Part shown: piece after piece, positions 1-8,053 of the stretch | How positions within the stretch are numbered: position 1 is the first letter of the stretch | How the letters are laid out: each line of letters starts with the position of its first letter | Source of the DNA: Myxococcota bacterium | GTDB taxonomy: Bacteria; Myxococcota_A; UBA796; SXON01 | Direction: 5' to 3' | DNA length: 20,311 nucleotides | Assembly: GCA_040386535.1 (NCBI GenBank) | Contig: JAZKFH010000021.1 | Coordinates: 1 to 20,311, forward strand | The notes under the pieces: generated by a model | Told to the model about the DNA's origin: nothing | The model's database searches: none | What the model saw: only the letters and a program-made list of their open reading frames with translations | Position numbers and translations under genes: made by a program

Positions 1-41
1 GTTCGAGCCGAAACTCTATTGAACGTTACAGAAACTACTAC

Positions 42-91
42 CAATTTTTCAAAGACCGGTTTGGTTTCCACTTGCGTGGCGCTCAAACCAA
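42..91 (-). promoter_or_regulatory. rRNA operon leader antitermination elements (boxB-like hairpin plus boxA-like motif); the 16S gene would lie left of the window
   Basis: The minus strand reads TTGGTTTGAGCG-CCAC-GCAA-GTGG-AAACCAA (hairpin with a GNRA loop, 91..61), followed by GGTCTTTGAAAAATTG (57..42), a typical boxA variant. The region is AT-richer, non-coding and downstream of tandem promoters. A UUCG hairpin lies at 16..5. Confidence 0.75.
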
Positions 92-131
92 TGTCGAGTC
101 AGGCGATTATTCCTGTCTCGTTTGTGCGGCG

Positions 132-160
132 CTTGTAACCGCGCCGCTCTCCGCCGTCAA
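132..160 (-). promoter_or_regulatory. sigma70-type promoter (proximal rrn promoter)
   Basis: TTGACG (160..155)-N17-TACAAG (137..132), followed by the GC-rich discriminator CGCCGCAC. Confidence 0.65.
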
Positions 161-226
161 CCCTCTTTGTGGGAGGGTTCGGTGGGTGGGAGGCCCGAGG
201 TTTCATCCTCGTTCCGTCCGCGCCGC

Positions 227-256
227 CGGTTATCCCGGCTGGCTGGCTTCCGTCAA
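227..256 (-). promoter_or_regulatory. sigma70-type promoter (middle rrn promoter)
   Basis: TTGACG (256..251)-N18-TAACCG (232..227), followed by GCGGCGCGG. Confidence 0.5.
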
Positions 257-323
257 ACATCTTTTTGGGATGCTTCCCGGGCCCGGGGGAGCGAGGGTTT
301 CATCCCGGCTCCAACCGCACCGC

Positions 324-352
324 CAGTTAGCTGGTCCCCTCCGGCACGTCAA
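324..352 (-). promoter_or_regulatory. sigma70-type promoter (distal rrn promoter)
   Basis: TTGACG (352..347)-N17-TAACTG (329..324), followed by GCGGTGCGG. Confidence 0.55.
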
Positions 353-441
353 GGCGCTTCCCGCTCTCCACCGCGCGTTCGCTGCGCCGGGAGCCCCGCC
401 GAGGCGGAAGTGAACGGCCGCGAGCGCCGTATACTCGCCCG

Positions 442-643
442 ATATCCACCCTCCGCGAAGACTTGCGCGGCCTCCTCCACGGCCCGCGCGACCTCTGGAT
501 CCTGTACGGCGTCAAGCTCCTCGGGTCGCGTCCGTGGCGCTCCTCCCCTTCGTGCGCCTCATCGTCGTGGGCTTCACGAGCGGCGCGCTGCTGACGCGCT
601 ACTGCCCGGAGACCGGCCCCGTCGACAGCCAGCACATCTGTGC
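442..643 (+). pseudogene. Probable internally deleted MFS (POT/PTR-like) transporter relic
   Basis: Two GC3-rich fragments lie in different frames: 442-528 (ATA)STLREDLRGLLHGPRDLWILYGVKLLGS and ~528-643 ASVALLPFVRLIVVGFTSGALLTRYCPETGPVDSQHIC. From recall these resemble the N-terminal and near-C-terminal segments of one MFS subfamily. TATACT at 430-435 sits 6 nt before an ATA that may be a mutated ATG. Confidence 0.45.
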
Positions 644-1120
644 CTACGCCCGCGTGAGCACGGCCTCGACGGCCCGGTCCTCCGGCCCGCTCGGGCCGAG
701 GTTCGTCATGGCGATGACGAGGGAGTCGCCGTCGCGGCGGAAGCGCGTGCGCCAGCCCCACCGTTCGTCACCGGCCGGGTAGCTGCCCAGCACCGAGATC
801 CCGTCGCCCTCCGCCTGCCCATGGGACACCATGATCTGCGTGCCCGAGTGGAAGCTGTCGATCCAGGCCGCGGTGTAGCGCTTCTCGTCGCGCTCGTAGC
901 CGAGCAGGATCTCGCCCGCGTGCGGCTTCCCCATCGCCGTGCCGCTGTACGTCAGGCGCACGAAGCGGCCGCCGAGGACCAGCGCGCCGGACAGGCGCCA
1001 CGCCGACTCTTCGGGGGCGCCATCGGGGTCGAACCACGTGGAGACGGGGCCGGACCAGTCGCCGACGAAGGTGGCGAGCCGGTCGTGCTCGGGGCCGGGG
1101 TTCATCGGGGGCAGATCCAT
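644..1120 (-). CDS. DUF1579 family protein
   Basis: 158 aa containing PGPEHDRLATFVGDW, LGGRF and YTAAWIDSFHSG, which are characteristic of DUF1579. GGAG Shine-Dalgarno upstream. Confidence 0.85.
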   Translation of the reverse strand: MDLPPMNPGPEHDRLATFVGDWSGPVSTWFDPDGAPEESAWRLSGALVLGGRFVRLTYSGTAMGKPHAGEILLGYERDEKRYTAAWIDSFHSGTQIMVSHGQAEGDGISVLGSYPAGDERWGWRTRFRRDGDSLVIAMTNLGPSGPEDRAVEAVLTRA

Positions 1121-1158
1121 GGAATCTCCAGGAGGCGTCGCGAGGATAGCCTGCGGCG

Positions 1159-2658
1159 ATGGTGAACCTCTTTCTCCTCGTGGCCTGCACGGCGCCTCCC
1201 GACCCCGCGGCGCCCGACGAGGACGCCGCGGCCGACCGCGACTGGGCCGACTTCCTCGGCAAGGTGGACGAGCAGGTCGTGGGCCACCAGGTGCCCGGCA
1301 TCCAGGTGGCCGTCGTGATCGACGGCGCGCTGCGCTACGCAGGCGGCGCGGGTGTGGTGGCCTGGGGCGCGGACGAGCCCGTCACCGACGACACCGTGTT
1401 CCGCTGGGCGTCGGTCTCCAAGATGCACACGGCCACCGCGGTGCTCCAGCTCGTCGACGAGGGCGCGCTCGATCTGCAGGCGCCCGTCACCAGCTACCTC
1501 GACGAGGTGTCGCTCCAGCAGGGCTTCGACGCGAGCACGATCACCCCGCACCACCTCCTCTCCCACACCGCCGCGCTCCCCGACGCGCTCGACTGGGCCT
1601 GCGCCACCCGCGACGGCGGCCTGCGCGGCCGCGTGGAGTCGACCGAGCTGCCGCTCTACGCGCCCCCCGGCAGCTTCTACAACTACTCCAACACCGGCTA
1701 CGTGTGGGCCGGCGCGCTGATCGAGGAGCTCACCGGCGACTCGTTCGTGGACGCGATGCAGGCGCGCGTGCTCGACCCCGCCGGCATGAGCACCGCGACC
1801 TACGACGCGACCGAAGCGAGCGCGGGCGCCCACGCCACCGGCACGACCTGGTGGAACGACGAGGCCTTCTTCTACGATCTGGAGGAGTACGACTGCGCGT
1901 GGTCCCGCCCCGCGGGCTGGCTCCACGGCACGGCCACCGATCTCGCGCGCACCGCCGAATGGCAGCTCGCGGGGGGCGACGGCCTGCTCTCCGCCGAGAA
2001 CACCGCGGCCATGCACGCCCAGGTCGACACCCACCTGCTCCCCGACGACCAATTCGAGGTGGGCTACGGCCAATTCAGCAGCCCGTACAAGGATGTCAGC
2101 CTCGTGTGGCACGACGGGTGGGTGACCGGTTTCGTGAGCACCTGGGCGATCGTGCCCGAGGCCGGCTTCGGCGTGGTCGTCGTCGCCAACGCGGACTGGG
2201 CCGATCCGTACGCGCTCATGTACGACGCGGTCGACCTGTTCCTCGACCAGGCCGACGCCGCCGAGCCCACCTGGCTCACCGAGCCCGACACATGGGCGCC
2301 CTACGTCGGCACCTACCGCGACCCCTACGTGCACGGCGCCATCGACGTCTCGCTCGAGGAGGACGCGCTCTGGGCCCGCTTCGTCGACCGCGGCGAACGC
2401 GTGCGCCTCGTACAGTCCGCGGCGGATCTCTGGTACTTCGAGCTCGACGGCGCCTGGACCGACGTGCGCTTCATCGCCGACGACGCGGGCGTGTTCCAGT
2501 GGTTCGTGACGCGGGAGGGCGTCGGCACGCGCGCGGAGGAGGAGCTGGCGCTCACCGCTGGCCCAGCCCTCATCGAGGATGCGGCGTGGCGGGCGTTGCT
2601 CCAACGGTATGCCCGACGGGAGCTGCCCCGAGCCGGCCGGATTCGCCCGGGGAGATGA
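1159..2658 (+). CDS. Serine hydrolase, beta-lactamase class C / penicillin-binding family, predicted lipoprotein
   Basis: 499 aa with SxxK (ASVSKMHTA), LLSHTAAL, YxN (YNYSNTGY) and the HDG motif. Lipobox LVAC at the N-terminus; C-terminal extension resembles DUF3471. Confidence 0.9.
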   Translation: MVNLFLLVACTAPPDPAAPDEDAAADRDWADFLGKVDEQVVGHQVPGIQVAVVIDGALRYAGGAGVVAWGADEPVTDDTVFRWASVSKMHTATAVLQLVDEGALDLQAPVTSYLDEVSLQQGFDASTITPHHLLSHTAALPDALDWACATRDGGLRGRVESTELPLYAPPGSFYNYSNTGYVWAGALIEELTGDSFVDAMQARVLDPAGMSTATYDATEASAGAHATGTTWWNDEAFFYDLEEYDCAWSRPAGWLHGTATDLARTAEWQLAGGDGLLSAENTAAMHAQVDTHLLPDDQFEVGYGQFSSPYKDVSLVWHDGWVTGFVSTWAIVPEAGFGVVVVANADWADPYALMYDAVDLFLDQADAAEPTWLTEPDTWAPYVGTYRDPYVHGAIDVSLEEDALWARFVDRGERVRLVQSAADLWYFELDGAWTDVRFIADDAGVFQWFVTREGVGTRAEEELALTAGPALIEDAAWRALLQRYARRELPRAGRIRPGR

Positions 2659-2672
2659 GCCGGGGCCGCGCA

Positions 2673-2733
2673 CCGTTACCGCCTGTTACCGGAAGGACCG
2701 AGGCCCGGGCGTATACTCCGCCGCCATCCGGAG
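2673..2733 (+). promoter_or_regulatory. Promoter of the caspase gene with tandem direct repeats (candidate activator site)
   Basis: GTTACCG at 2675-2681 and 2685-2691 (10-bp period). TATACT -10 at 2712-2717, no canonical -35, GGAG Shine-Dalgarno at 2730-2733. Confidence 0.55.
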
Positions 2734-2738
2734 CCCGC

Positions 2739-4160
2739 ATGACTTCCAGCTCGCCCAAGGCCGCCCTCCTCGTCGGTGTCAACGACTACGCGGCGTACGA
2801 CGCCTCCCTCGCCAACGCCCCCGGCACCAGCAACCTGCGCGGCGCCCTCGCCGACGTGAAGTGTTGGTACGTCAACGCCCGCCGCCTCGGCATCCCCGCC
2901 GAAAACATCGAGGTGCGCACCTCGCCCCTCCTCACGGCGGCGGACATGCCCATCGACGCGACGGGCACCCGGTTCGGCCCCGCCACGCACGACGCGATCC
3001 TCGACGGCGTCCAGGCCCTCGGCGCCCGGCTCGGCAGCGGCGGCCTCGCGCAGGGGCTGCTCACCTGGTCGGGCCACGGCGCCTCGGGTGCCGACGGCGC
3101 GCTCCTCTGCCCCTCCGACGTGACCGGGACGACGCTCGAGAACGCGATCTCGTACACGAAGCTCGCGGCGGCGCTCGACGCCCACGTGCCCGCGCACGCC
3201 CTCACCATCGTGCTCGACACCTGCCACGCCGCGCCTTCCCGCTTCGGCGGCCGCCTCTTGCCCCAGCCCACCCGCTTTCTCGGCGCCCCCGGCACCGCCG
3301 CCGCCACTCCGAAGGTGCGCAGCCAGGACCGCGTGCTCGCCGCGTGCGGCGCGGGCGGGACGTCCCAGGAATACCACTTCCAGGGGGTGTGGCACGGCGC
3401 CTTCACCTGGGCGGCCACCACGGTGCTCGAGCGCTGGCCGGGCAACGAGAGCGAGGGCGCCCACTACATCAGCATCGACTACGCGGAGCTGTTGGCCCGC
3501 ACGACGGCGGTGTTGAAGGGCGCGGCGTTCTCCCAGGTCCCGCGGTGGACCGGCCCCGAGGGCGACGCCGCCGTGCCGTTCGGGTACCCGTCGAGCGCGG
3601 CTGGCGCCCCAAGCTCGGAGGAGGCGAACGGAGGCCCGTTGCAGGAGATCGATCCCGAGACCGAGCTCGGGATCTACATCCTCAAGAACCTGCAAGGTAC
3701 CAGCACCCTCGGCTACGTCGTGGCCGCCGCCGTGGACAAGAACGGCTGGAAGGCGGGCAACGAGTACTGGGTCTGGCAGAACGCGTCGGCGAAGTTCCCC
3801 ACGAGCGGGTGGACGCTCGCCGGCTTCACCGGCACCCTCCCGAGCTGGGCCATCCCGGCCAACGCGATCACGTTCGAAAGCAACACGTTCCCCTCCACGA
3901 CGGGCCAGGTCACGCCTCAGCTGGGCGGGCCGTGGTTCGCCATCAACGCGCCGCCGACCACCACGAGCATCGGCTGGTTCAATCCCAACCCGACCAACGG
4001 CTCGCCCACGAGCACCACCTGGTACGAGGTCGCGGCGGGCTCGGCGCCCCCGTACATCGCCACGGTCGGCGGGCCCATGCTCCGCTTCGCGCAGGTCAGC
4101 TTGCCGGGCACGCTCTACAACGTGTCGGTGGTGACCGACCCGCTCTCGACCAACCCATAG
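2739..4160 (+). CDS. Caspase-like peptidase (C14, metacaspase/orthocaspase type) with an uncharacterised C-terminal domain
   Basis: 473 aa from the ATG at 2739. Contains AALLVGVNDY, LRGALAD, catalytic His in WSGHG, LCPSD, catalytic Cys in VLDTCH, and GAFTWA. The ORF-track extension to 939 is a shadow frame over other genes. Confidence 0.9.
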   Translation: MTSSSPKAALLVGVNDYAAYDASLANAPGTSNLRGALADVKCWYVNARRLGIPAENIEVRTSPLLTAADMPIDATGTRFGPATHDAILDGVQALGARLGSGGLAQGLLTWSGHGASGADGALLCPSDVTGTTLENAISYTKLAAALDAHVPAHALTIVLDTCHAAPSRFGGRLLPQPTRFLGAPGTAAATPKVRSQDRVLAACGAGGTSQEYHFQGVWHGAFTWAATTVLERWPGNESEGAHYISIDYAELLARTTAVLKGAAFSQVPRWTGPEGDAAVPFGYPSSAAGAPSSEEANGGPLQEIDPETELGIYILKNLQGTSTLGYVVAAAVDKNGWKAGNEYWVWQNASAKFPTSGWTLAGFTGTLPSWAIPANAITFESNTFPSTTGQVTPQLGGPWFAINAPPTTTSIGWFNPNPTNGSPTSTTWYEVAAGSAPPYIATVGGPMLRFAQVSLPGTLYNVSVVTDPLSTNP

Positions 4161-6682
4161 GGTCGCACGAGGCGCGCCCCGGCAACCGAGTAGCGGCGGG
4201 AGGGTGGAGCGCCGAAGCGGGTGGCCGGGTGGCACATGCTCCGGCTGCTCGAGAACGCGCCGCCGCGCAGGGAGACGAAGCCGTCAAGCGGCTCCTCGTC
4301 CGCCGGCGTCGGATCCAGCCGACCGTCCGTCGGCCGCAGGACGTCTCGACGCCACCCGTTTCCACACCACGTGCGGACGTTGCCCGCGAGGCCGCGCACG
4401 CCGTACGGACTCGTGTCGACGGGGAAGCTGTCCACCGGCGTCCGGCACGGCGGCCGGTTGGGGCCCTCGAGCGTATTCGCCCACGTGGCCTCGAGAAAGT
4501 CGCCCCAGGGCAGGAAGCGCCCGTCGGGCCCGCGCGCGGCCTTCTCCCATTCGATCTCGTGCGGCAGGCGCCAGGGGAGCCCGGTATACGTGGCATACCA
4601 ACGGCCGTACGCTTTCGCGTCGTGCCACGTCACGCACACCACGGGCTCGTCGAGCCCCAGCGCCGCGACGCCGTCCGACGGAAGCTCGAACGCGCCGTCC
4701 GGGCGACGACGGAACAGGGGCTCGCCCGCTTCGTGGTCCGCCCCCACGCCACGCCGAGGCACCCGCACCAACGCCTCTTCCTCCCGCCCCGCCCGTAGAA
4801 GCGCGCCCAACCACGCGAGGTACTCCCCGTTCGTCACCGGAAAGCGACGAACGACGAGCGCGTCCGACCACCACCGCCCGGCGGGAAGGGCATCGGACGC
4901 CTGGGGATCCCCACCCACCGAAAACCACCCCGCCGGCACGTAGCAGTCGTCCGGCCCCAGGTCCCCCGGCCGGGGCAACCACAGTCGAAGCGGAGCCTCC
5001 GCCCCCGGTGGCACGAGCTTCCACGCCTCCGCGCGCCCGACCATGACGGGCACGTCCACGTCCCCCGCGGGCCCCGCGATCCGCAGCAGCAGGCTGCCCC
5101 AGGGCACCTTGACCCCCACGAGCGGCGTGCGGCCGAGCGATCCGACGTGCTCGGGCACGAGGCGCCGATCGCGGAGCACGTAGCGGAACAGCGTCACTTC
5201 GGCGCCCGTCGGGTCCGTGTCGAGCGTGAGGGTCCCGTCTCCGTCGAGCCACGCCTTGTGGCGACCGCGGTCGTGGGCGCGCAGGCGCACCTCGGCGCGG
5301 GTGGCGGCGGCGCGGTCGCGGGCGGCCTCCGCGTCGGCGTGGCGCGCCCGGTAGTAGTCGGCCAGCCGCGACTGGGCCTCGGGCAGCTCGGACACGAGCT
5401 CGCGCGCCCCGTGGAGGAGCTGCGTCCACACCTCCTCGCGCCCCACCGCCTCGGCGCGGAGCCGCTCGGCCTCGTCCTGGAGGCGCCACCCCGCCACCTT
5501 CTCGTCGGTCGGCGCCTGGGGCGCGATCGGCTCGAGGAGCACGCGCGCCTGCTCGTCGAGCGAGTCCGCGCGGGTGCGCAGCGCCGCAATCTCCGGGAGC
5601 ATCACGTCGGCGCGCGCCACGAGCTCCAGCGCCTCGTCGCGCCGCCGCACACCGTCGAGCCACGCCGCCACCTCGACGGCGAGCGTGGCGGCGGTGGGGC
5701 GCAGATCCGCGTGGTGCGCCATCGCGCGGCGGGAGAGGCGGGCGAGCGCGTCGGGCACACGCGCGTCGAGGGGCGGCGGCGTCTCGTCCGCGGTGGGCGC
5801 CCCGCCGTGTGTCCCGAGCTCGCGCGGGGGCGGCGGACGCGTGCAATGGAGGAGCACGTGGAGCGTGACGCCGAGCGCGTGCACGTCGGCGGCGGGCCCG
5901 ATCGGGAGGCCGGCGGCCTGCTCGGGCGCCATGTACCCGGGGGTCCCGAGCACCGCGCCGGCGCGGGTGGTGTCGAGCAGCGGCGGATCGTCGCCGTGGC
6001 CGGGCGGCGTGGGCGCGCTGTCCCACGCGGGGCCGCCCTCGACTTCCAGCACCAGCGTGCCGGCCTCGTGGGTGTCGGGCCCGCGCGGGGCGACCGGCAC
6101 CACCGGCGTCGGCCCGCCCAGCTGCACCACCGAACGCACGCGCTTCGCGATGCCCCAGTCGAGCACCACCACCGAGCCGAACGCCTCTAGCATCACGTTG
6201 GCCGGCTTCAGGTCGCGGTGCACCACGCGCTGATCGTGGGCGTAGGCCACGGTCTCGCACACGCGCCGGAACGCGTCGACCAGGCGCCGGAACGTGAAGC
6301 CCTCGGGGTCGGGCCGCCACTCCCCCTCCGGCGAGGCCTTGTGCACCGCCACGATCACGTCCGCCAGCGTGCGCCCGTGCACCTCGCGCATCACGTAGAA
6401 GGGCCGCCCGTCGGGCAGCTCGCCCGCGTCGTAGACCGGCACGATGCCGGGGTGCTGGAGCCGCGCGGTGATCTCGGCCTCGATCTGGAGGCGGCGCGCC
6501 ACCGCGGTCCCCGCCAGCTCGGGCCGCACCACCTTCATCACCGCCGTGCGGTGCAGCTGCCGATCGTAGACCAGCCGCACCTCGCCCATGCCGCCCTGTC
6601 CCACCAGGAAGCGATCTTCGTAGCGCCCCGCGCCGTCGGGCACGCGCGGAGGAAGGGGGGGGCGCTCGGAGGAGGCGGGCAT
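4115..6682 (-). CDS. Hanks-type Ser/Thr protein kinase fused to a C-terminal FGE-sulfatase (SUMF1/EgtB/PvdO-like) domain
   Basis: 855 aa. Kinase motifs: GQGGMGEV, AVMK, HPGIVPVYD, HRDLKPANV, DWG, GTPGYMAPEQ, DVHALG. A helical linker and PEGA-like TLTLDTDPTGAEV follow. FGE motifs: PVTNGEY, PVVCVTWHDA, RLPHEIEWEKAARG, GLAGNVRTW, LRGGAF. The start is inferred. Confidence 0.92.
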   Translation of the reverse strand: MPASSERPPLPPRVPDGAGRYEDRFLVGQGGMGEVRLVYDRQLHRTAVMKVVRPELAGTAVARRLQIEAEITARLQHPGIVPVYDAGELPDGRPFYVMREVHGRTLADVIVAVHKASPEGEWRPDPEGFTFRRLVDAFRRVCETVAYAHDQRVVHRDLKPANVMLEAFGSVVVLDWGIAKRVRSVVQLGGPTPVVPVAPRGPDTHEAGTLVLEVEGGPAWDSAPTPPGHGDDPPLLDTTRAGAVLGTPGYMAPEQAAGLPIGPAADVHALGVTLHVLLHCTRPPPPRELGTHGGAPTADETPPPLDARVPDALARLSRRAMAHHADLRPTAATLAVEVAAWLDGVRRRDEALELVARADVMLPEIAALRTRADSLDEQARVLLEPIAPQAPTDEKVAGWRLQDEAERLRAEAVGREEVWTQLLHGARELVSELPEAQSRLADYYRARHADAEAARDRAAATRAEVRLRAHDRGRHKAWLDGDGTLTLDTDPTGAEVTLFRYVLRDRRLVPEHVGSLGRTPLVGVKVPWGSLLLRIAGPAGDVDVPVMVGRAEAWKLVPPGAEAPLRLWLPRPGDLGPDDCYVPAGWFSVGGDPQASDALPAGRWWSDALVVRRFPVTNGEYLAWLGALLRAGREEEALVRVPRRGVGADHEAGEPLFRRRPDGAFELPSDGVAALGLDEPVVCVTWHDAKAYGRWYATYTGLPWRLPHEIEWEKAARGPDGRFLPWGDFLEATWANTLEGPNRPPCRTPVDSFPVDTSPYGVRGLAGNVRTWCGNGWRRDVLRPTDGRLDPTPADEEPLDGFVSLRGGAFSSSRSMCHPATRFGAPPSRRYSVAGARLVRPYGLVESGSVTTDTL

Positions 6683-6724
6683 CGGCTCGGCAGGTGGGCT
6701 CGTGCCGTCGTACCATGCCGGGCC

Positions 6725-7633
6725 ATGGGAACGCTCAAGGACACCACCAACGGCACGAGCTACCGGCTCCCCGCCCAGACGCTCCTCGGGCGCGCAGGCC
6801 CCTGCCACGTGCGCATCGACGCTCCGTACGTCTCCACCGAGCACGCCGCCATCCGCTGGACCGGTGACGGCTGGGAGATCCGCGACCTCGCGAGCCGCAA
6901 CGGCACCTTCGTCGGCGCCCACCGCCTCGAGCCCGGCCAACGCGCACGGCTCGAGGTCGGCGTACCCGTCGCGTTCGGCCGCTCCACCGAGACCTGGATC
7001 CTGACCGACGACACCCCGCCCGTCGCCGGCGCCGCCGCCAACGGCCAGCACCAGTGGGCGGAGGACGACCTGCTCCTCCTCCCCGACGCGAGCGCAGAGG
7101 TGTGCGTGTATGCCGACGGTCGCGGCGGCTGGACCGCCGAGGCCGGCGATCGCCTCTGGCCCGTCAGGGACGGCGACGAGCTGACCGCGGGCGACCGCGT
7201 GTGGACCCTCTCGCTCCCCACCGTGCCCACCCCCACGCGCGAGGCCGAAGAGATCGACGCCGCCCGCGCGGGCGAGCTCGCCCTCACCTTCCACGTGAGC
7301 CGCGACGAGGAGCACATCGAGGTCACCGCCGCCGTCGGCGGCCGCACCTGGCGCCTTGCCCACCGCGCCCACAGCTACCTGTTCCTCACGCTCGCCCGCG
7401 CCCGCCACGACGCCGAACCCGACCTGCCCGCCTCCGAGCAGGGCTGGCTGTACCACGACGATCTCGCGCGCGGCCTCGGCCTGGCCATCGGCCACTTCAA
7501 CATGGGCGTGTTCCGCGTGCGGCAGCAGCTCAAGGAGGCCGGCGTGCCCGGCGCCGACGGCGTCATCGAGCGCCGCCGCGGCTCGGGCCAGATCCGGCTC
7601 GGGGTGGGGCGGGTGGATGTCGAGGGCTTGTGA
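6725..7633 (+). CDS. FHA domain protein with a probable C-terminal winged-helix DNA-binding domain
   Basis: 302 aa. FHA motifs LGR, VSTEHA and DLASRNGT. The C-terminus (GWLYHDDLARGLG...FNMGVFRVRQQL...VIERRRGSGQIRL) resembles the OmpR-type wHTH pattern. Confidence 0.85.
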   Translation: MGTLKDTTNGTSYRLPAQTLLGRAGPCHVRIDAPYVSTEHAAIRWTGDGWEIRDLASRNGTFVGAHRLEPGQRARLEVGVPVAFGRSTETWILTDDTPPVAGAAANGQHQWAEDDLLLLPDASAEVCVYADGRGGWTAEAGDRLWPVRDGDELTAGDRVWTLSLPTVPTPTREAEEIDAARAGELALTFHVSRDEEHIEVTAAVGGRTWRLAHRAHSYLFLTLARARHDAEPDLPASEQGWLYHDDLARGLGLAIGHFNMGVFRVRQQLKEAGVPGADGVIERRRGSGQIRLGVGRVDVEGL

Positions 7634-8053
7634 CGCGCCGGTGATCCGAGCGTCGGGGCGCCCCGCCGGCGCGGACGCCGGCGGCGGGTCGGCTCCAGGC
7701 TCGCCCTCCGGGCTCGGTCCGTCCGCGCGCGGCGCGCGGCCGGGACCGTCCGCCCCGAGGGCGGCCGCCTTGCGCGCCCCTGGCGCGGGGGAGGGGGCGA
7801 TTTGGGAGCGTGGTTTGGGAGGGGCTTCGCGGTGGCTTTCGGTATGGTGGTGGTACTCCCGACGAAGTCCTCGGGGTCGACTGCGGCCAGCGCGGCAAAC
7901 GCCGGTACGGACCTCGCCGTGGAGTCGGCGCGCGGGCTGCGTCGCGACCGCGCGACGACGACGTCGGGCCCGCGTCGGCAGGTGGCGACGCTGCCCAGGG
8001 CCGGGCGTCAAGAAACAAGGCGGGCGTGAGCTTTGCTCGGGCGAACGATCCCT

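Noticed and set aside
1..17. Minus-strand AGAGTTTCGGCTCGAAC resembles the 16S 5' end AGAGTTTGATCCTGGCTCAG
   Set aside because: It diverges after 7 nt and is better explained as a UUCG hairpin in the leader. No rRNA gene is called inside the window.
939..2738. N-terminal extension giving a 1073-aa caspase ORF
   Set aside because: It is an Arg/Pro-rich shadow frame overlapping real genes. A -10, Shine-Dalgarno and ATG support the start at 2739.
4115..4300. Diversity-generating retroelement target (the FGE C-terminus is a known variable-region scaffold)
   Set aside because: I saw no template-repeat copy and no reverse transcriptase in the window.
2579..6716. Long alternative ORFs (2579..4798, 2676..4235, 4284..6716) and similar ones elsewhere (10515..12359, 12302..14737, 17815..20013)
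   Set aside because: These are stop-poor shadow frames typical of high-GC DNA, with low-complexity Arg/Gly/Ala translations overlapping motif-supported genes.
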